29,211 nt of DNA, taken from IMG/VR virus record IMGVR_UViG_3300025803_000071, positions 1-29,211 of that record. The stretch is one strand, 5' to 3'. Source of the stretch: a virus. Lineage: Duplodnaviria > Caudoviricetes. The position numbers and the translations under genes were made by a program. The notes under the pieces were generated by a model. That model made no database searches. It saw nothing but the letters and a program-made list of their open reading frames with translations, and was not told where the DNA came from. Position 1 is the first letter of the stretch, and the number at the start of each line of letters is the position of its first letter. Positions 1-8,081 of the stretch are shown here, piece by piece.

Positions 1-112
1 TTTTCATTTTAGCTACAGCTTTTGCAGCTTTATCCTGTTTTTCTTCTTTGACAGAATCCGTTGCTTTTTTTAATGCCTCTAAATAGGCTTTGTATTCAGT
101 TGCTTCTTCCAT
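1..112 (-). CDS. Small basic late protein, N-terminal part (runs off window); paralog of 14695..15018
   Basis: Hand translation MEEATEYKAYLEALKKATDSVKEEKQDKAAKAVAKMK; ATG overlaps the TAA of 112..402; first 18 aa nearly identical to 14695..15018. Confidence 0.85.
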   Translation of the reverse strand, partial: MEEATEYKAYLEALKKATDSVKEEKQDKAAKAVAKMK

Positions 113-402
113 TATGTATCTATCATACCACCATAATATAATTTAGTAAACGCACCTTTTGATGCCATTGTTTTAACATTATCTGGTTTAGGGCCACTGT
201 TGGGGGCTTGGCGCTTTCGTTTGACAGCACTCGCCTTTTGCGACGCGCTCATCCGTGTGGCTTTTGCAAGTGGGACACACTTTGGATACTTTCTTCCTTT
301 TGAAGAACTCGCTGATTTTCTTCCACATTCTTGATACTTACCTCCCTTTTTAGGTGCTCCTATGTCTACCCATTTTTCTTTAAACCATTTATCTAAGCTC
401 AT
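112..402 (-). CDS. Small basic Cys-containing protein, putative internal head protein
   Basis: WFKEKWVDIG..CGR..YPKCVP domain recalled from marine phage late regions; ends LYYGGMIDT; coupled to both neighbours. Confidence 0.8.
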   Translation of the reverse strand: MSLDKWFKEKWVDIGAPKKGGKYQECGRKSASSSKGRKYPKCVPLAKATRMSASQKASAVKRKRQAPNSGPKPDNVKTMASKGAFTKLYYGGMIDT

Positions 403-989
403 TTTAATAAATCGGCGTAATAATTACCTAGGCTTTCATTTGATAACTCAATACCAGCTGAGTCATGTTTTATAAACTTTCCATTATAACCACCTGAGCT
501 AAATGTTTTAGTAAAAGTTAATGTGCCACCTTTTGTTTTATTTTTGTTACCAAAATTATTACTTGATTGACCCTTATTTAAATTAATATTAAATGAACTT
601 GAATCATTTATTTTAAAAGTTTTATTATAGTTAATATTTTTAGATTTAGTTTCTAAATCTTTAAAACCTTCCATACTTTCTTTTCTATCTGATTTAGAAA
701 TATTTATGTTACCAAATTTTTTGTTACTAATTCCTAATCCTACACCTTTATTTTCATAAGAAATTTTACCATCTACACCAGACTCTGCAGTAACAGAAGG
801 TGAAACAGAAGTGTTAGCAAGTAAACCTGTTTTAGCTTTCTTAGGTCCCCAATCTTTTCTTTTTGTACCTGATGGATCTTTTATTTTACCCGCACAAATT
901 TTAGATGCATATGCATTAGCATACGCTGACGGATAAACTTTAAATTTTCTTTTTGCGGCCGCTTTGCCTCTAGCACATAGTTTTGTCAT
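399..989 (-). CDS. Basic late protein with N-terminal YPSAYANAYASKIC domain and C-terminal GG/YYADLL tag
   Basis: 196-aa ORF; 4-nt overlap with downstream gene; ends FSSGG...NYYADLLK. Confidence 0.8.
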   Translation of the reverse strand: MTKLCARGKAAAKRKFKVYPSAYANAYASKICAGKIKDPSGTKRKDWGPKKAKTGLLANTSVSPSVTAESGVDGKISYENKGVGLGISNKKFGNINISKSDRKESMEGFKDLETKSKNINYNKTFKINDSSSFNINLNKGQSSNNFGNKNKTKGGTLTFTKTFSSGGYNGKFIKHDSAGIELSNESLGNYYADLLK

Positions 990-1125
990 GCTGTTTAAGC
1001 CTCTTTCTGTTGTACAACTTCTTAGATTGTACCACTCTTGGTCTAAACAGTAAATGTCCTAGCGAGAGGATTCTTTTTATTGGATTTTTTAGCTTGAAGT
1101 TTCTTTTTTTCTTTTTTCTTTTCAT
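970..1125 (-). CDS. 51-aa highly basic protein with ArfA-like segment
   Basis: Hand translation MKRKKKKRNFKLKNPIKRILSLGHLLFRPRVVQSKKLYNRKRLKQHDKTMC; GAGGT upstream; fills the gap between longer genes. Confidence 0.6.
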   Translation of the reverse strand: MKRKKKKRNFKLKNPIKRILSLGHLLFRPRVVQSKKLYNRKRLKQHDKTMC

Positions 1126-1186
1126 CTTTGGCACCTCTTAACTTGCCATCAATCTGTTGTGTCATTTGTGATCTTGTAATTCCCAT
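1043..1186 (-). CDS. 47-aa basic protein with N-terminus resembling the major capsid N-terminus
   Basis: Hand translation MGITRSQMTQQIDGKLRGAKDEKKKEKKKLQAKKSNKKNPLARTFTV; TAATG coupling to the peptidase stop. Confidence 0.65.
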   Translation of the reverse strand: MGITRSQMTQQIDGKLRGAKDEKKKEKKKLQAKKSNKKNPLARTFTV

Positions 1187-1662
1187 TATACTAAGTCTAC
1201 TGCCTTTCCTATTATTGGTTTATATTTTGTTTTTTTATCTTCTCTATATGCTCTCATATACTGGCATCTTGGATTAAATTCAACCCAACTTGCATGGATC
1301 CATCCAGAATTAGGTTCTCCTGGGGTATAATATTCAAGAATTAACTGATCTGTTCTAATGTTCTGATTAACCCAATCAGCCACCTCAGCATTATCTACAC
1401 CAACACATTCGAAATCAACGGCTTCAGCTTTAGCATGCTGTGAATTGATCGAGCTACCAATAGCTAAACATAGTTCAGGACTACGATATCCGCTAGTCAC
1501 CTTAACTCTGCCGAAATGATCCCGGACAGGTTGAAGAACATTTTCACAAAGTCTTTTTAATTTTTCTATTTGATCTGCATTAGGATTATTATCAATCCCT
1601 TTACGAATCGCTGTGTCCGATTTAATTAGCTCTTGAAGAGTGAAGTTTCGTGAAAGATTCAT
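1186..1662 (-). CDS. Peptidase M15A family Zn peptidase (putative endolysin)
   Basis: SGYRS, SQHAKAEAVD and WIH Zn-ligand motifs; MNLSRNFTLQEL N-terminus. Confidence 0.9.
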   Translation of the reverse strand: MNLSRNFTLQELIKSDTAIRKGIDNNPNADQIEKLKRLCENVLQPVRDHFGRVKVTSGYRSPELCLAIGSSINSQHAKAEAVDFECVGVDNAEVADWVNQNIRTDQLILEYYTPGEPNSGWIHASWVEFNPRCQYMRAYREDKKTKYKPIIGKAVDLV

Positions 1663-1880
1663 TATTTCGGTTGAATAATTTTATCTATACTATAGCTTCC
1701 ATCTACGTTCTTGTAAAGCTCAGCCTCTACCTCCCCGCACATGAACGTTTTGTTTTGCATTTCCATATTTCTAGTGGCTTCTCTTTTCATCTTTAAACAA
1801 GTAGATAAACTATCTTGTATTCTGTGTTCTACAAGTTCACCATTTATGAATAAACACAATGCAAATACTAATTTTATCAT
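1662..1880 (-). CDS. Small hypothetical protein with hydrophobic N-terminus and Cys residues
   Basis: 72-aa ORF with TAATG coupling on both sides. Confidence 0.75.
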   Translation of the reverse strand: MIKLVFALCLFINGELVEHRIQDSLSTCLKMKREATRNMEMQNKTFMCGEVEAELYKNVDGSYSIDKIIQPK

Positions 1881-2263
1881 TAATGTCCTCCATTACCATT
1901 TGCAAACTTGATATCTCTTGTTGCATCCTTTAATTTTTCAATATCTTTTTTTAATTTTTCAATTTCTTTTTCATGACTAGATAACATTACACCTGTGTGT
2001 ACATTTGCTTCTAACATTTTTTGCATCTTCTCTATTTGTGTTGCCTGCCATTCTAGGATCATGAACTGCTCCTGATCGATGGGTTTTTGAACACTAGCCT
2101 CTAATAAATCTTTTTCAAACAACTGATTTTTAGTTTCTAGTTTATTAAGTCTTTCGATAACACCGAAAGCAAACCATGCTCCGACAATTATGGCTGCGAT
2201 CAGACCAATTAAGTTCCTTAAAGGGAGACCGATACTGGTGTTCTCATTTATTTTTATTGACAT
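1880..2263 (-). CDS. Membrane-anchored coiled-coil protein (possible lysis accessory, spanin-like)
   Basis: TM segment LIGLIAAIIVGAWFAFGVI followed by heptad-rich region; ATG start at 2263 preferred to GTG at 2272. Confidence 0.75.
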   Translation of the reverse strand: MSIKINENTSIGLPLRNLIGLIAAIIVGAWFAFGVIERLNKLETKNQLFEKDLLEASVQKPIDQEQFMILEWQATQIEKMQKMLEANVHTGVMLSSHEKEIEKLKKDIEKLKDATRDIKFANGNGGH

Positions 2264-2388
2264 GATAGGCACTCATCTGAACCAGAATCTAATTCAGCTA
2301 ATGCCTCCTCTTTACAATCCTGACTACAGAATTGATCTAGCTCATCTTTTGGTTGAAACTCTTTTTGACATTGATTACATTTCTTCAT
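2254..2388 (-). CDS. 44-aa zinc-finger protein with C-terminal DECLSCQ
   Basis: Hand translation MKKCNQCQKEFQPKDELDQFCSQDCKEEALAELDSGSDECLSCQ; AAGGAG RBS; ATGA overlap. Confidence 0.8.
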   Translation of the reverse strand: MKKCNQCQKEFQPKDELDQFCSQDCKEEALAELDSGSDECLSCQ

Positions 2389-2528
2389 CGTTTATGTCTC
2401 CTTTTTTTTCTAAGTAGTTTAAGTCTTTGTTGCCAAAGCCAAGAAACAAATGCTACAGCATATTTCTCAACCTTTGAGAAAAACTCATCTATAAGACTGA
2501 AGAAATTATATAACCATTTATCAAACAT
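2385..2528 (-). CDS. 47-aa amphipathic protein with basic tail
   Basis: Hand translation MFDKWLYNFFSLIDEFFSKVEKYAVAFVSWLWQQRLKLLRKKRRHKR; abuts both neighbours. Confidence 0.7.
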   Translation of the reverse strand: MFDKWLYNFFSLIDEFFSKVEKYAVAFVSWLWQQRLKLLRKKRRHKR

Positions 2529-2684
2529 TTAAATGCCTTGTAATCTAGGATCGTTTGATGTGATATTTTTTTCAGCTTTTGGTCTAGCAATTGACTCTTT
2601 ACTTCTTTTTCTAAGTTGAGCAACCATAGACTCTTGCTTTCTTTTATCTTCTATTTGTTTTTTTAAATCTCTAATTAAATTCAT
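2529..2684 (-). CDS. 51-aa basic helical protein
   Basis: Hand translation MNLIRDLKKQIEDKRKQESMVAQLRKRSKESIARPKAEKNITSNDPRLQGI; tiles the gap exactly. Confidence 0.75.
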   Translation of the reverse strand: MNLIRDLKKQIEDKRKQESMVAQLRKRSKESIARPKAEKNITSNDPRLQGI

Positions 2685-2685
2685 A

Positions 2686-3006
2686 TTAGCACTTCCATCT
2701 TCTTCTTGCTGCGCATATTCTCTTATCAGGAGTTTTAGCGCAATTAATATTATGCATCTTCATTTGTCCTCTTGATCTTCTACAATAAGATGCTCTTCTT
2801 TTAGCTGCTTTAGATCCTTTTTTAACTTTACCTGTAACAGCTGTTTTTAACTTCGATCCAGGGTTCATTCTTCTGTACGCACGAACACCTGCTGCAGTCA
2901 TACCTGCTCCAGATTTTGTAGACCTAAAGTTCTTTTTATTTTTCGCTGGCATACCGCCTTTAGCGAAGCCATCGATCTCTATACCTAAATCAGCATAGTA
3001 ATCCAT
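2686..3006 (-). CDS. Basic Cys-containing protein (DUF6321-like), putative internal head protein
   Basis: NPGSKLKTAVT..KRRASYCRRS..ARRRWKC pattern; GAGGT RBS; N-terminal MDYYADL..FAKGG. Confidence 0.85.
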   Translation of the reverse strand: MDYYADLGIEIDGFAKGGMPAKNKKNFRSTKSGAGMTAAGVRAYRRMNPGSKLKTAVTGKVKKGSKAAKRRASYCRRSRGQMKMHNINCAKTPDKRICAARRRWKC

Positions 3007-3015
3007 GTTTTACCT

Positions 3016-3336
3016 CTAAGCAGTTAATCCTGGACCAGAATATTTATCTGTTAGTAATGTATAAGCAGCGACGTTTGTTTTTGTTTTAACAAAAATTCCT
3101 TTTGGAAAAAGGATTCCGTCCTCTGGAAATGAAAAGTTAATTACATCACCTTGTGGTACATCACCTATAAAAAGTGAATCACCTGTAGCTGATGTTGTTG
3201 TTAATTCTAATATACCTGCTCCAACATTATCTGAAGCAATAATAATTCCTCTTAATCTAATTGGCTGTGAAATAACTGCAGTACCTGTGTTACCTGCTGT
3301 TGATCTTGTAGCCTGAATATCACTTTTAAAACTCAT
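3016..3336 (-). CDS. Putative virion structural protein (beta-rich)
   Basis: 106 aa immediately downstream of the capsid gene; FPEDGILFPKG motif; GGAG RBS. Confidence 0.8.
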   Translation of the reverse strand: MSFKSDIQATRSTAGNTGTAVISQPIRLRGIIIASDNVGAGILELTTTSATGDSLFIGDVPQGDVINFSFPEDGILFPKGIFVKTKTNVAAYTLLTDKYSGPGLTA

Positions 3337-3345
3337 AGTATCTCC

Positions 3346-3374
3346 ATTATAAGGGTAAAATATAGGGGCGTAAA
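3346..3374 (-). promoter_or_regulatory. Sigma70-like promoter overlapping the capsid terminator
   Basis: Minus strand TTTACG-17 nt-TATAAT. Confidence 0.55.
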
Positions 3375-3387
3375 GTACGCCCCTATA
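3357..3387 (-). terminator. Rho-independent terminator after major capsid gene
   Basis: Perfect 12-bp stem TATAGGGGCGTA / TACGCCCCTATA followed by TTTT on the minus strand. Confidence 0.8.
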
Positions 3388-3399
3388 AACTGTAATTTA

Positions 3400-4332
3400 T
3401 TACGCTCCTGGAGAACCGAAGATTCCTCTAGGGTCAGACCAACCGAAGCTGTATCTTTCTCTAGCTTTGAATCTAACGTTACCAGTGTCAAAATCACCTT
3501 CAATCGCTGTTTTAATTGGCGATCTTACAAAGTGTTTTAAACCGTTAGGCGCATCAGTCATGATGAAGAATGCATCAGTGTCAGTTAAGAAGTGATTAAC
3601 TCTGTAACCTTCTGGAATCATTCCCATGTTCATCATTGCATTGATGTCATTTTTAGCAAACGCTGAAGAACCGCCTGGAGTTGTAGATAAAGGAGATTTC
3701 ATGATTCTCTCAGCAGTAAATTGTAATTCTTTTGGAATAATCAATTTTCTACCTTGTAGAGCGATCTTTAATCCTCTTTCATCTACGAACGCTGCGATAT
3801 CGATTAACGCTTGTTCTAATGATGTTTCTGACAAGTCAGAAGCAGTTGAAAGTTCATTTCTGAACGTTCCACCAGTCGCTAATGGGTGGTCAGTAGTACA
3901 AAGTGCCTTACCGTCACCTCCATTGTAGCTTCCGCCTGTATCAAACGCGTTGTTTAATACATTCGCTGCTGTGATTTGTTTAGATTGCGCCATTGATCTA
4001 GCAAGAGCTCTTGTGTATCTGCCCGCTAATCTGTCGTATAAGTTATCTTCAATAGCCTCTTCTGTGATAGCAAATGCTAACGCCACAGTATTGTGAGTGT
4101 ATCTTGAAGTATACGCTTCAGTAGCTTGGTCAAAGACAACTCCAGCACCTTCAGCTTTAGTCGCTGCAGTACCGAAGCCAGATAACATAACTTCTTCTTC
4201 AAACGCTCTGTCTGAAGATTCCGCCATGAAGATCTCTGCATGTTCATTGTCGTATCTGTTGTATTCCAGGCCAAATAGTGCATTCAAACCTGGCTCTAGT
4301 TCTTTAACTAGTTGTGATCGTGATATAGCCAT
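3400..4332 (-). CDS. Major capsid protein (HK97 fold)
   Basis: 310 aa; MAISRSQLVKELEPGLNALFG...GDFDTGNVRFKARERYSFGWSDPRGIFGSPGA typical of this capsid family; AGGAG RBS; follows scaffold. Confidence 0.93.
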   Translation of the reverse strand: MAISRSQLVKELEPGLNALFGLEYNRYDNEHAEIFMAESSDRAFEEEVMLSGFGTAATKAEGAGVVFDQATEAYTSRYTHNTVALAFAITEEAIEDNLYDRLAGRYTRALARSMAQSKQITAANVLNNAFDTGGSYNGGDGKALCTTDHPLATGGTFRNELSTASDLSETSLEQALIDIAAFVDERGLKIALQGRKLIIPKELQFTAERIMKSPLSTTPGGSSAFAKNDINAMMNMGMIPEGYRVNHFLTDTDAFFIMTDAPNGLKHFVRSPIKTAIEGDFDTGNVRFKARERYSFGWSDPRGIFGSPGA

Positions 4333-4351
4333 AATTTATAATCTCCTATTA

Positions 4352-4930
4352 TTATAAGCCTGTGCCTTGATTGTAGAAGTGGTTGTTAATTCTAACTAAC
4401 ACGTCTACGTTCGCGCTTCCAGCATCGCTGTTGTCAGTATTTTGTGACACATCGATTGCTTGAAGGACAGTTCCACTTGTAGTTAAACCAGATACACTGT
4501 AGTCCATTTGAACTTCAGAGATTCCAGTTAAAGCGTTACCGCCGCCTGTTGTTATTGCAAAGTTTTTAAAGATGTCTGCTGCCGCAAACGCTCCATCAGA
4601 GTCTATTGAATAAACTACATTAGGATCATCGATAACAGTAGCGACAATGTCACTAGCGTTAACAGTTCCTGGATAATAGTTTTTCCAAGTAGGCTTCTGA
4701 GTAGTAGGGTCTGTGTAGAACACTCCGTTAAAAACACCCACAACGAGATCAGAAGTATTTGCTACTGCTCTTTCGATTCCGCCACCTGCAACAGGTTTTA
4801 CCAAGTCACCTTGATAAATCGCAGTACCGTAATTCGCAGCAATTCTGTATCTGTTTTGCGCGTTAATAAATGGAGAGCCATCTAACTTTCTTACTGGTCT
4901 TAGACCATATTTTTCAGCTACATTAGCCAT
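4352..4930 (-). CDS. Capsid decoration/cement-like structural protein
   Basis: YGLRPV..AIYQGDLV..GVFNGVFYTDP..DDPNVV motifs; AAGGAG RBS; directly upstream of capsid gene. Confidence 0.8.
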   Translation of the reverse strand: MANVAEKYGLRPVRKLDGSPFINAQNRYRIAANYGTAIYQGDLVKPVAGGGIERAVANTSDLVVGVFNGVFYTDPTTQKPTWKNYYPGTVNASDIVATVIDDPNVVYSIDSDGAFAAADIFKNFAITTGGGNALTGISEVQMDYSVSGLTTSGTVLQAIDVSQNTDNSDAGSANVDVLVRINNHFYNQGTGL

Positions 4931-4989
4931 AGTTGTTTTCTCCTTTATTGTTTAACATTTACTTTGGAGTGAATATTGCCAAATAATTA

Positions 4990-5457
4990 TTATTTGTTTC
5001 CACCACCAAAAGTTACGCGAGATTGTCTATTAATATTAATAGGCATCTCCGGTCGTTGTTCCTTCATGACATCGTTGTCTACCGCGGCGACTCTGTCCTG
5101 AGTAATTCTTTGGAAATACTCTGCACGGCTTTTTACGATTTCTTCAGGTATCCTTCCCAACACAAGGCCAGCAACCCCGATGAGACCTGCGTAAGTTCCC
5201 TGAGCAATGACTGGATAAGAATGATCACCTAATTGATTTTTAATCTCTTCGGCTCTCACAAATTCCCAACCTTCTCTCATTTTCTTCGATACGTTAGCCG
5301 TATCTTGGAAACCCATACTTTCGGTTCTGATCCATCTATGAACATAACCGTCTGGCGCAGGTGGTGCATCCAGAGATGATGGTGGCGTCCATGGTTGTTT
5401 TCTAACATCCTTTACTTCATTAGACGCGCGTGAAGTTCTATTTATTTTATCGCTCAT
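4990..5457 (-). CDS. Conserved head-module protein
   Basis: WTPPSSLDAPPAPDGYVHRWIR..REGWEFV; GGAGG RBS; between scaffold and decoration genes. Confidence 0.85.
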   Translation of the reverse strand: MSDKINRTSRASNEVKDVRKQPWTPPSSLDAPPAPDGYVHRWIRTESMGFQDTANVSKKMREGWEFVRAEEIKNQLGDHSYPVIAQGTYAGLIGVAGLVLGRIPEEIVKSRAEYFQRITQDRVAAVDNDVMKEQRPEMPININRQSRVTFGGGNK

Positions 5458-5458
5458 T

Positions 5459-6451
5459 CTATACCTCCTTCACGAATTTAGCGTATTCTTCTAGTGGCAC
5501 CCCTAATTTTTTGGCAATAGCCACCTGTGATTTGGTGAGTCTCACAGATCTACGTCCCTGCTGAGTTCTACCAGCAGAAGCAACTTTTTGGACGGGTCTT
5601 CGTTGCTCTTGAGTAGCAAAACGGTGAGGGAAATTTTCCTTCATTCGTTTGTCTATCTCATTATAGTACTCATCACTTTCAACATCAACACCCATGCCCA
5701 CTAGATCTTCGTGCACAGTCATTGCTGCATTTGTCATGATTTTATCGTTACCAAACCAAGCGTTTTTACTAGCCCAAGATCTTGCTCTTTCACTAGGCTC
5801 AGCTTGTGCTTGTTGTTCTTGGATTGGTTGTTCTTTTGGCGCGTTTTTTTGCTCTTCTAGCTGTTTCAATCTAGCTTCTCTATCAGCCATTTTGATTCTA
5901 GCTTTTTCCTTCTCAACAGTTAATTGAGTAAGCTCATCATTAGCTTCCATGATTTTATCGGCATCGTTATTTTCAATAGCCTCTTTAAGCTTTCTCTTAA
6001 CCTGTTCTCTTTGAGCATCTACTCTCGCATCAAATTCTTTAAGATATTTCTCATCTGTAGAATCATATTTACTTTGAGTATCATCATACTTTTTCTGTAA
6101 ACCTTTAGCAAAATCTAAAGCAGCTTTTTCTCTTCTTTCAGCTTCTCTAAATTTTCTAGTAAGTTTATCGATTCTTTTTTTAACAGATTCAGAAACGTCA
6201 GTTAAATCTTCAGGTTCCTCTGTTTGTGTTTCTTGTTTTGGTTGTTCCTGAACTTCTTCAACAGCAACTTCTTCTTTTGGTTGCTCTTTGTCATGATCAG
6301 TATAACCTAAATCAACTTCACCAGCGTTTAAGTTTGGTTCTTTTGATTCTTCCTGTTTTGTTTCTTCAATACTAATATCAGTTTCTTTAACATCATCTGT
6401 ATCGAGTTCAACTTCAGGTTGTGTCTTAGCATATTCTTGTGCATCAGCCAT
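5459..6451 (-). CDS. Capsid scaffolding protein
   Basis: Acidic N-terminus, long coiled coil, C-terminal LTKSQVAIAKKLGVPLEEYAK helix-turn-helix; AAGGAGG RBS. Confidence 0.85.
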   Translation of the reverse strand: MADAQEYAKTQPEVELDTDDVKETDISIEETKQEESKEPNLNAGEVDLGYTDHDKEQPKEEVAVEEVQEQPKQETQTEEPEDLTDVSESVKKRIDKLTRKFREAERREKAALDFAKGLQKKYDDTQSKYDSTDEKYLKEFDARVDAQREQVKRKLKEAIENNDADKIMEANDELTQLTVEKEKARIKMADREARLKQLEEQKNAPKEQPIQEQQAQAEPSERARSWASKNAWFGNDKIMTNAAMTVHEDLVGMGVDVESDEYYNEIDKRMKENFPHRFATQEQRRPVQKVASAGRTQQGRRSVRLTKSQVAIAKKLGVPLEEYAKFVKEV

Positions 6452-6463
6452 GATGTGTCCTCC

Positions 6464-6916
6464 TTAATATAAATGCAGAATATCTTCTGGTTTTGCTATT
6501 GTTGCGATGATTTCATCATCATTCAAAATACGGTGTTCACCATATTTTGTTTTAAATCTAGAACCGGCATATCTACCGTAGATTACAAATTGCCCTTTAC
6601 TACACCAAGGACCTTTTGGAAATTTTTCTTTATCCTGATAACAAAGATCACCCATCTCAACAACTAAACCAACTACGGTTGTCATCTGAATAGTTTCACT
6701 TGCTGTATCAGTTAAAATAATTCCACCTTTAGTTTTTTTAGGTCCTGAATAAGGTCTAACTAAAAGTCTATATCCAACTGGTTTTGGTATAACGTCTAAG
6801 TATTTTTTAATACCTTCTGGGTCAGTAGGTATGGCTTGTTCTTTTGATTCTGGTGTAGCCTCACCATTTTTTTTGATCCCGACTAAAGGATCAGGTTGTA
6901 TTATCGTCATCGACAT
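6464..6916 (-). CDS. groES: Co-chaperonin GroES (Cpn10) homolog with N-terminal extension
   Basis: PVGYRLLVRP..KTKGGIIL..G.VVEMG..YGRYAG..ILNDDEIIA. Confidence 0.92.
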   Translation of the reverse strand: MSMTIIQPDPLVGIKKNGEATPESKEQAIPTDPEGIKKYLDVIPKPVGYRLLVRPYSGPKKTKGGIILTDTASETIQMTTVVGLVVEMGDLCYQDKEKFPKGPWCSKGQFVIYGRYAGSRFKTKYGEHRILNDDEIIATIAKPEDILHLY

Positions 6917-7100
6917 TCTCCTCGTTTCTCTGCAGGTCTTTAAGATCCTGTAGCAGCGTTTCTAAAGCGCTGAGTTTCCCTCTAGCATACGATAGGTTGT
7001 CGATTGTGTCTACATGGTACACCAAATCCTCTTTGGTCTTCTCAATTTGTTTTTTGATGTAATGTCGAATTGATTGTAGTGTATCTAAATCAAGATTCAT
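6891..7100 (-). CDS. Small helical head-module protein
   Basis: 69 aa, YARGKLSAL motif; overlaps both neighbours. Confidence 0.75.
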   Translation of the reverse strand: MNLDLDTLQSIRHYIKKQIEKTKEDLVYHVDTIDNLSYARGKLSALETLLQDLKDLQRNEENVDDDNTT

Positions 7101-7665
7101 TTCGTTCTAAACAGATTTTATTTTTACCAGCCTCTATTGTTTTAAATCCATATTTTTCTAGTATTTTAGATATAAAAGGCATGTCATATTTAGGATAATC
7201 ATCAAATATAAATCTAGTACCTTTTACAGATTTATTAGCAAACCATACTGATTCAGTAATAACATCTTTAGTCATATGAGGTCCGTCAAAATGCACAAAG
7301 TTAAAATAATCAATATTTGTATACTGATTCATAAATTCAATATCAGTCATTTTTGTAAAATAAAACATTGGATAAGATTCAAAATCTTTCATCATTTGTT
7401 CATACATAGCATCAGTGTAATCACAAGTATAAGCACCTGTATTATCATAATGTTGATATTCTAAATTACCATAAGGATCTACAGCGAAGTGTATATAAGG
7501 AGTTCCTTGAATTCTTTCTCTAAAAGAATCCATAATTATTTTCGAACCAAGTCCTTCTCTGACTCCAATCTCGCATGAATAAAATCTTTCTCTAGGGGAA
7601 AATACAGGTGTAGTCTCACACCATTTTTTTAGTAGTTCATATTCAGAACTATCGCCTCTAATCAT
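7090..7665 (-). CDS. Class I SAM-dependent methyltransferase (Methyltransf_24-like)
   Basis: EIGVREGLGS (motif I), AVDPY, VHFDGPH, IFDD. Confidence 0.85.
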   Translation of the reverse strand: MIRGDSSEYELLKKWCETTPVFSPRERFYSCEIGVREGLGSKIIMDSFRERIQGTPYIHFAVDPYGNLEYQHYDNTGAYTCDYTDAMYEQMMKDFESYPMFYFTKMTDIEFMNQYTNIDYFNFVHFDGPHMTKDVITESVWFANKSVKGTRFIFDDYPKYDMPFISKILEKYGFKTIEAGKNKICLERNES

Positions 7666-7700
7666 GATAGTTGTTTATAGCAAAGTAAGTTAAATAGCAA

Positions 7701-8081
7701 CTACTTTCGTTTTATTAAATCTGTAGCTTTAAGTCCGTAAACACTCGCGATGACACCTACAAAAATTGTTTGATACCAGAAAGGAAGTTGCGAAAAATAT
7801 TCGAAGAAAAGCTTCATCTTTTCCATCGCAGTTGGATCATCCGAAAATACTGCCCAACTTAACATTACGATAGGAGCTGAGAGCAATAATAAAATGAATT
7901 CGTCTTTCCAGTCCGATTGTCTTGCTTCTAATAATTTACCCTCGTAAGCTATCTCTCCCGCTCGCATCTTTTCTGCGTGCAGAAGTTGTGCATCCGACAT
8001 TGCTTGTTTGGTTCTTTGCTTGTTCTGATATAAGTGGGCTCCAGTTTTTAGGCCCATTCCCAATAATTTTAACCACATCAT
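7701..8081 (-). CDS. Holin-like membrane protein
   Basis: SDWKDEFILLLLSAPIVMLSW and LPFWYQTIFVGVIASVYG hydrophobic helices; basic C-terminus. Confidence 0.75.
   Translation of the reverse strand: MMWLKLLGMGLKTGAHLYQNKQRTKQAMSDAQLLHAEKMRAGEIAYEGKLLEARQSDWKDEFILLLLSAPIVMLSWAVFSDDPTAMEKMKLFFEYFSQLPFWYQTIFVGVIASVYGLKATDLIKRK

Noticed and set aside
4077-4283. Same-strand alternative-frame ORF inside the capsid gene (also 13913..14104 and 25744..25950 in other genes)
   Set aside because: Short and motif-free; unlike the methyltransferase case, nothing is missing from the main frame
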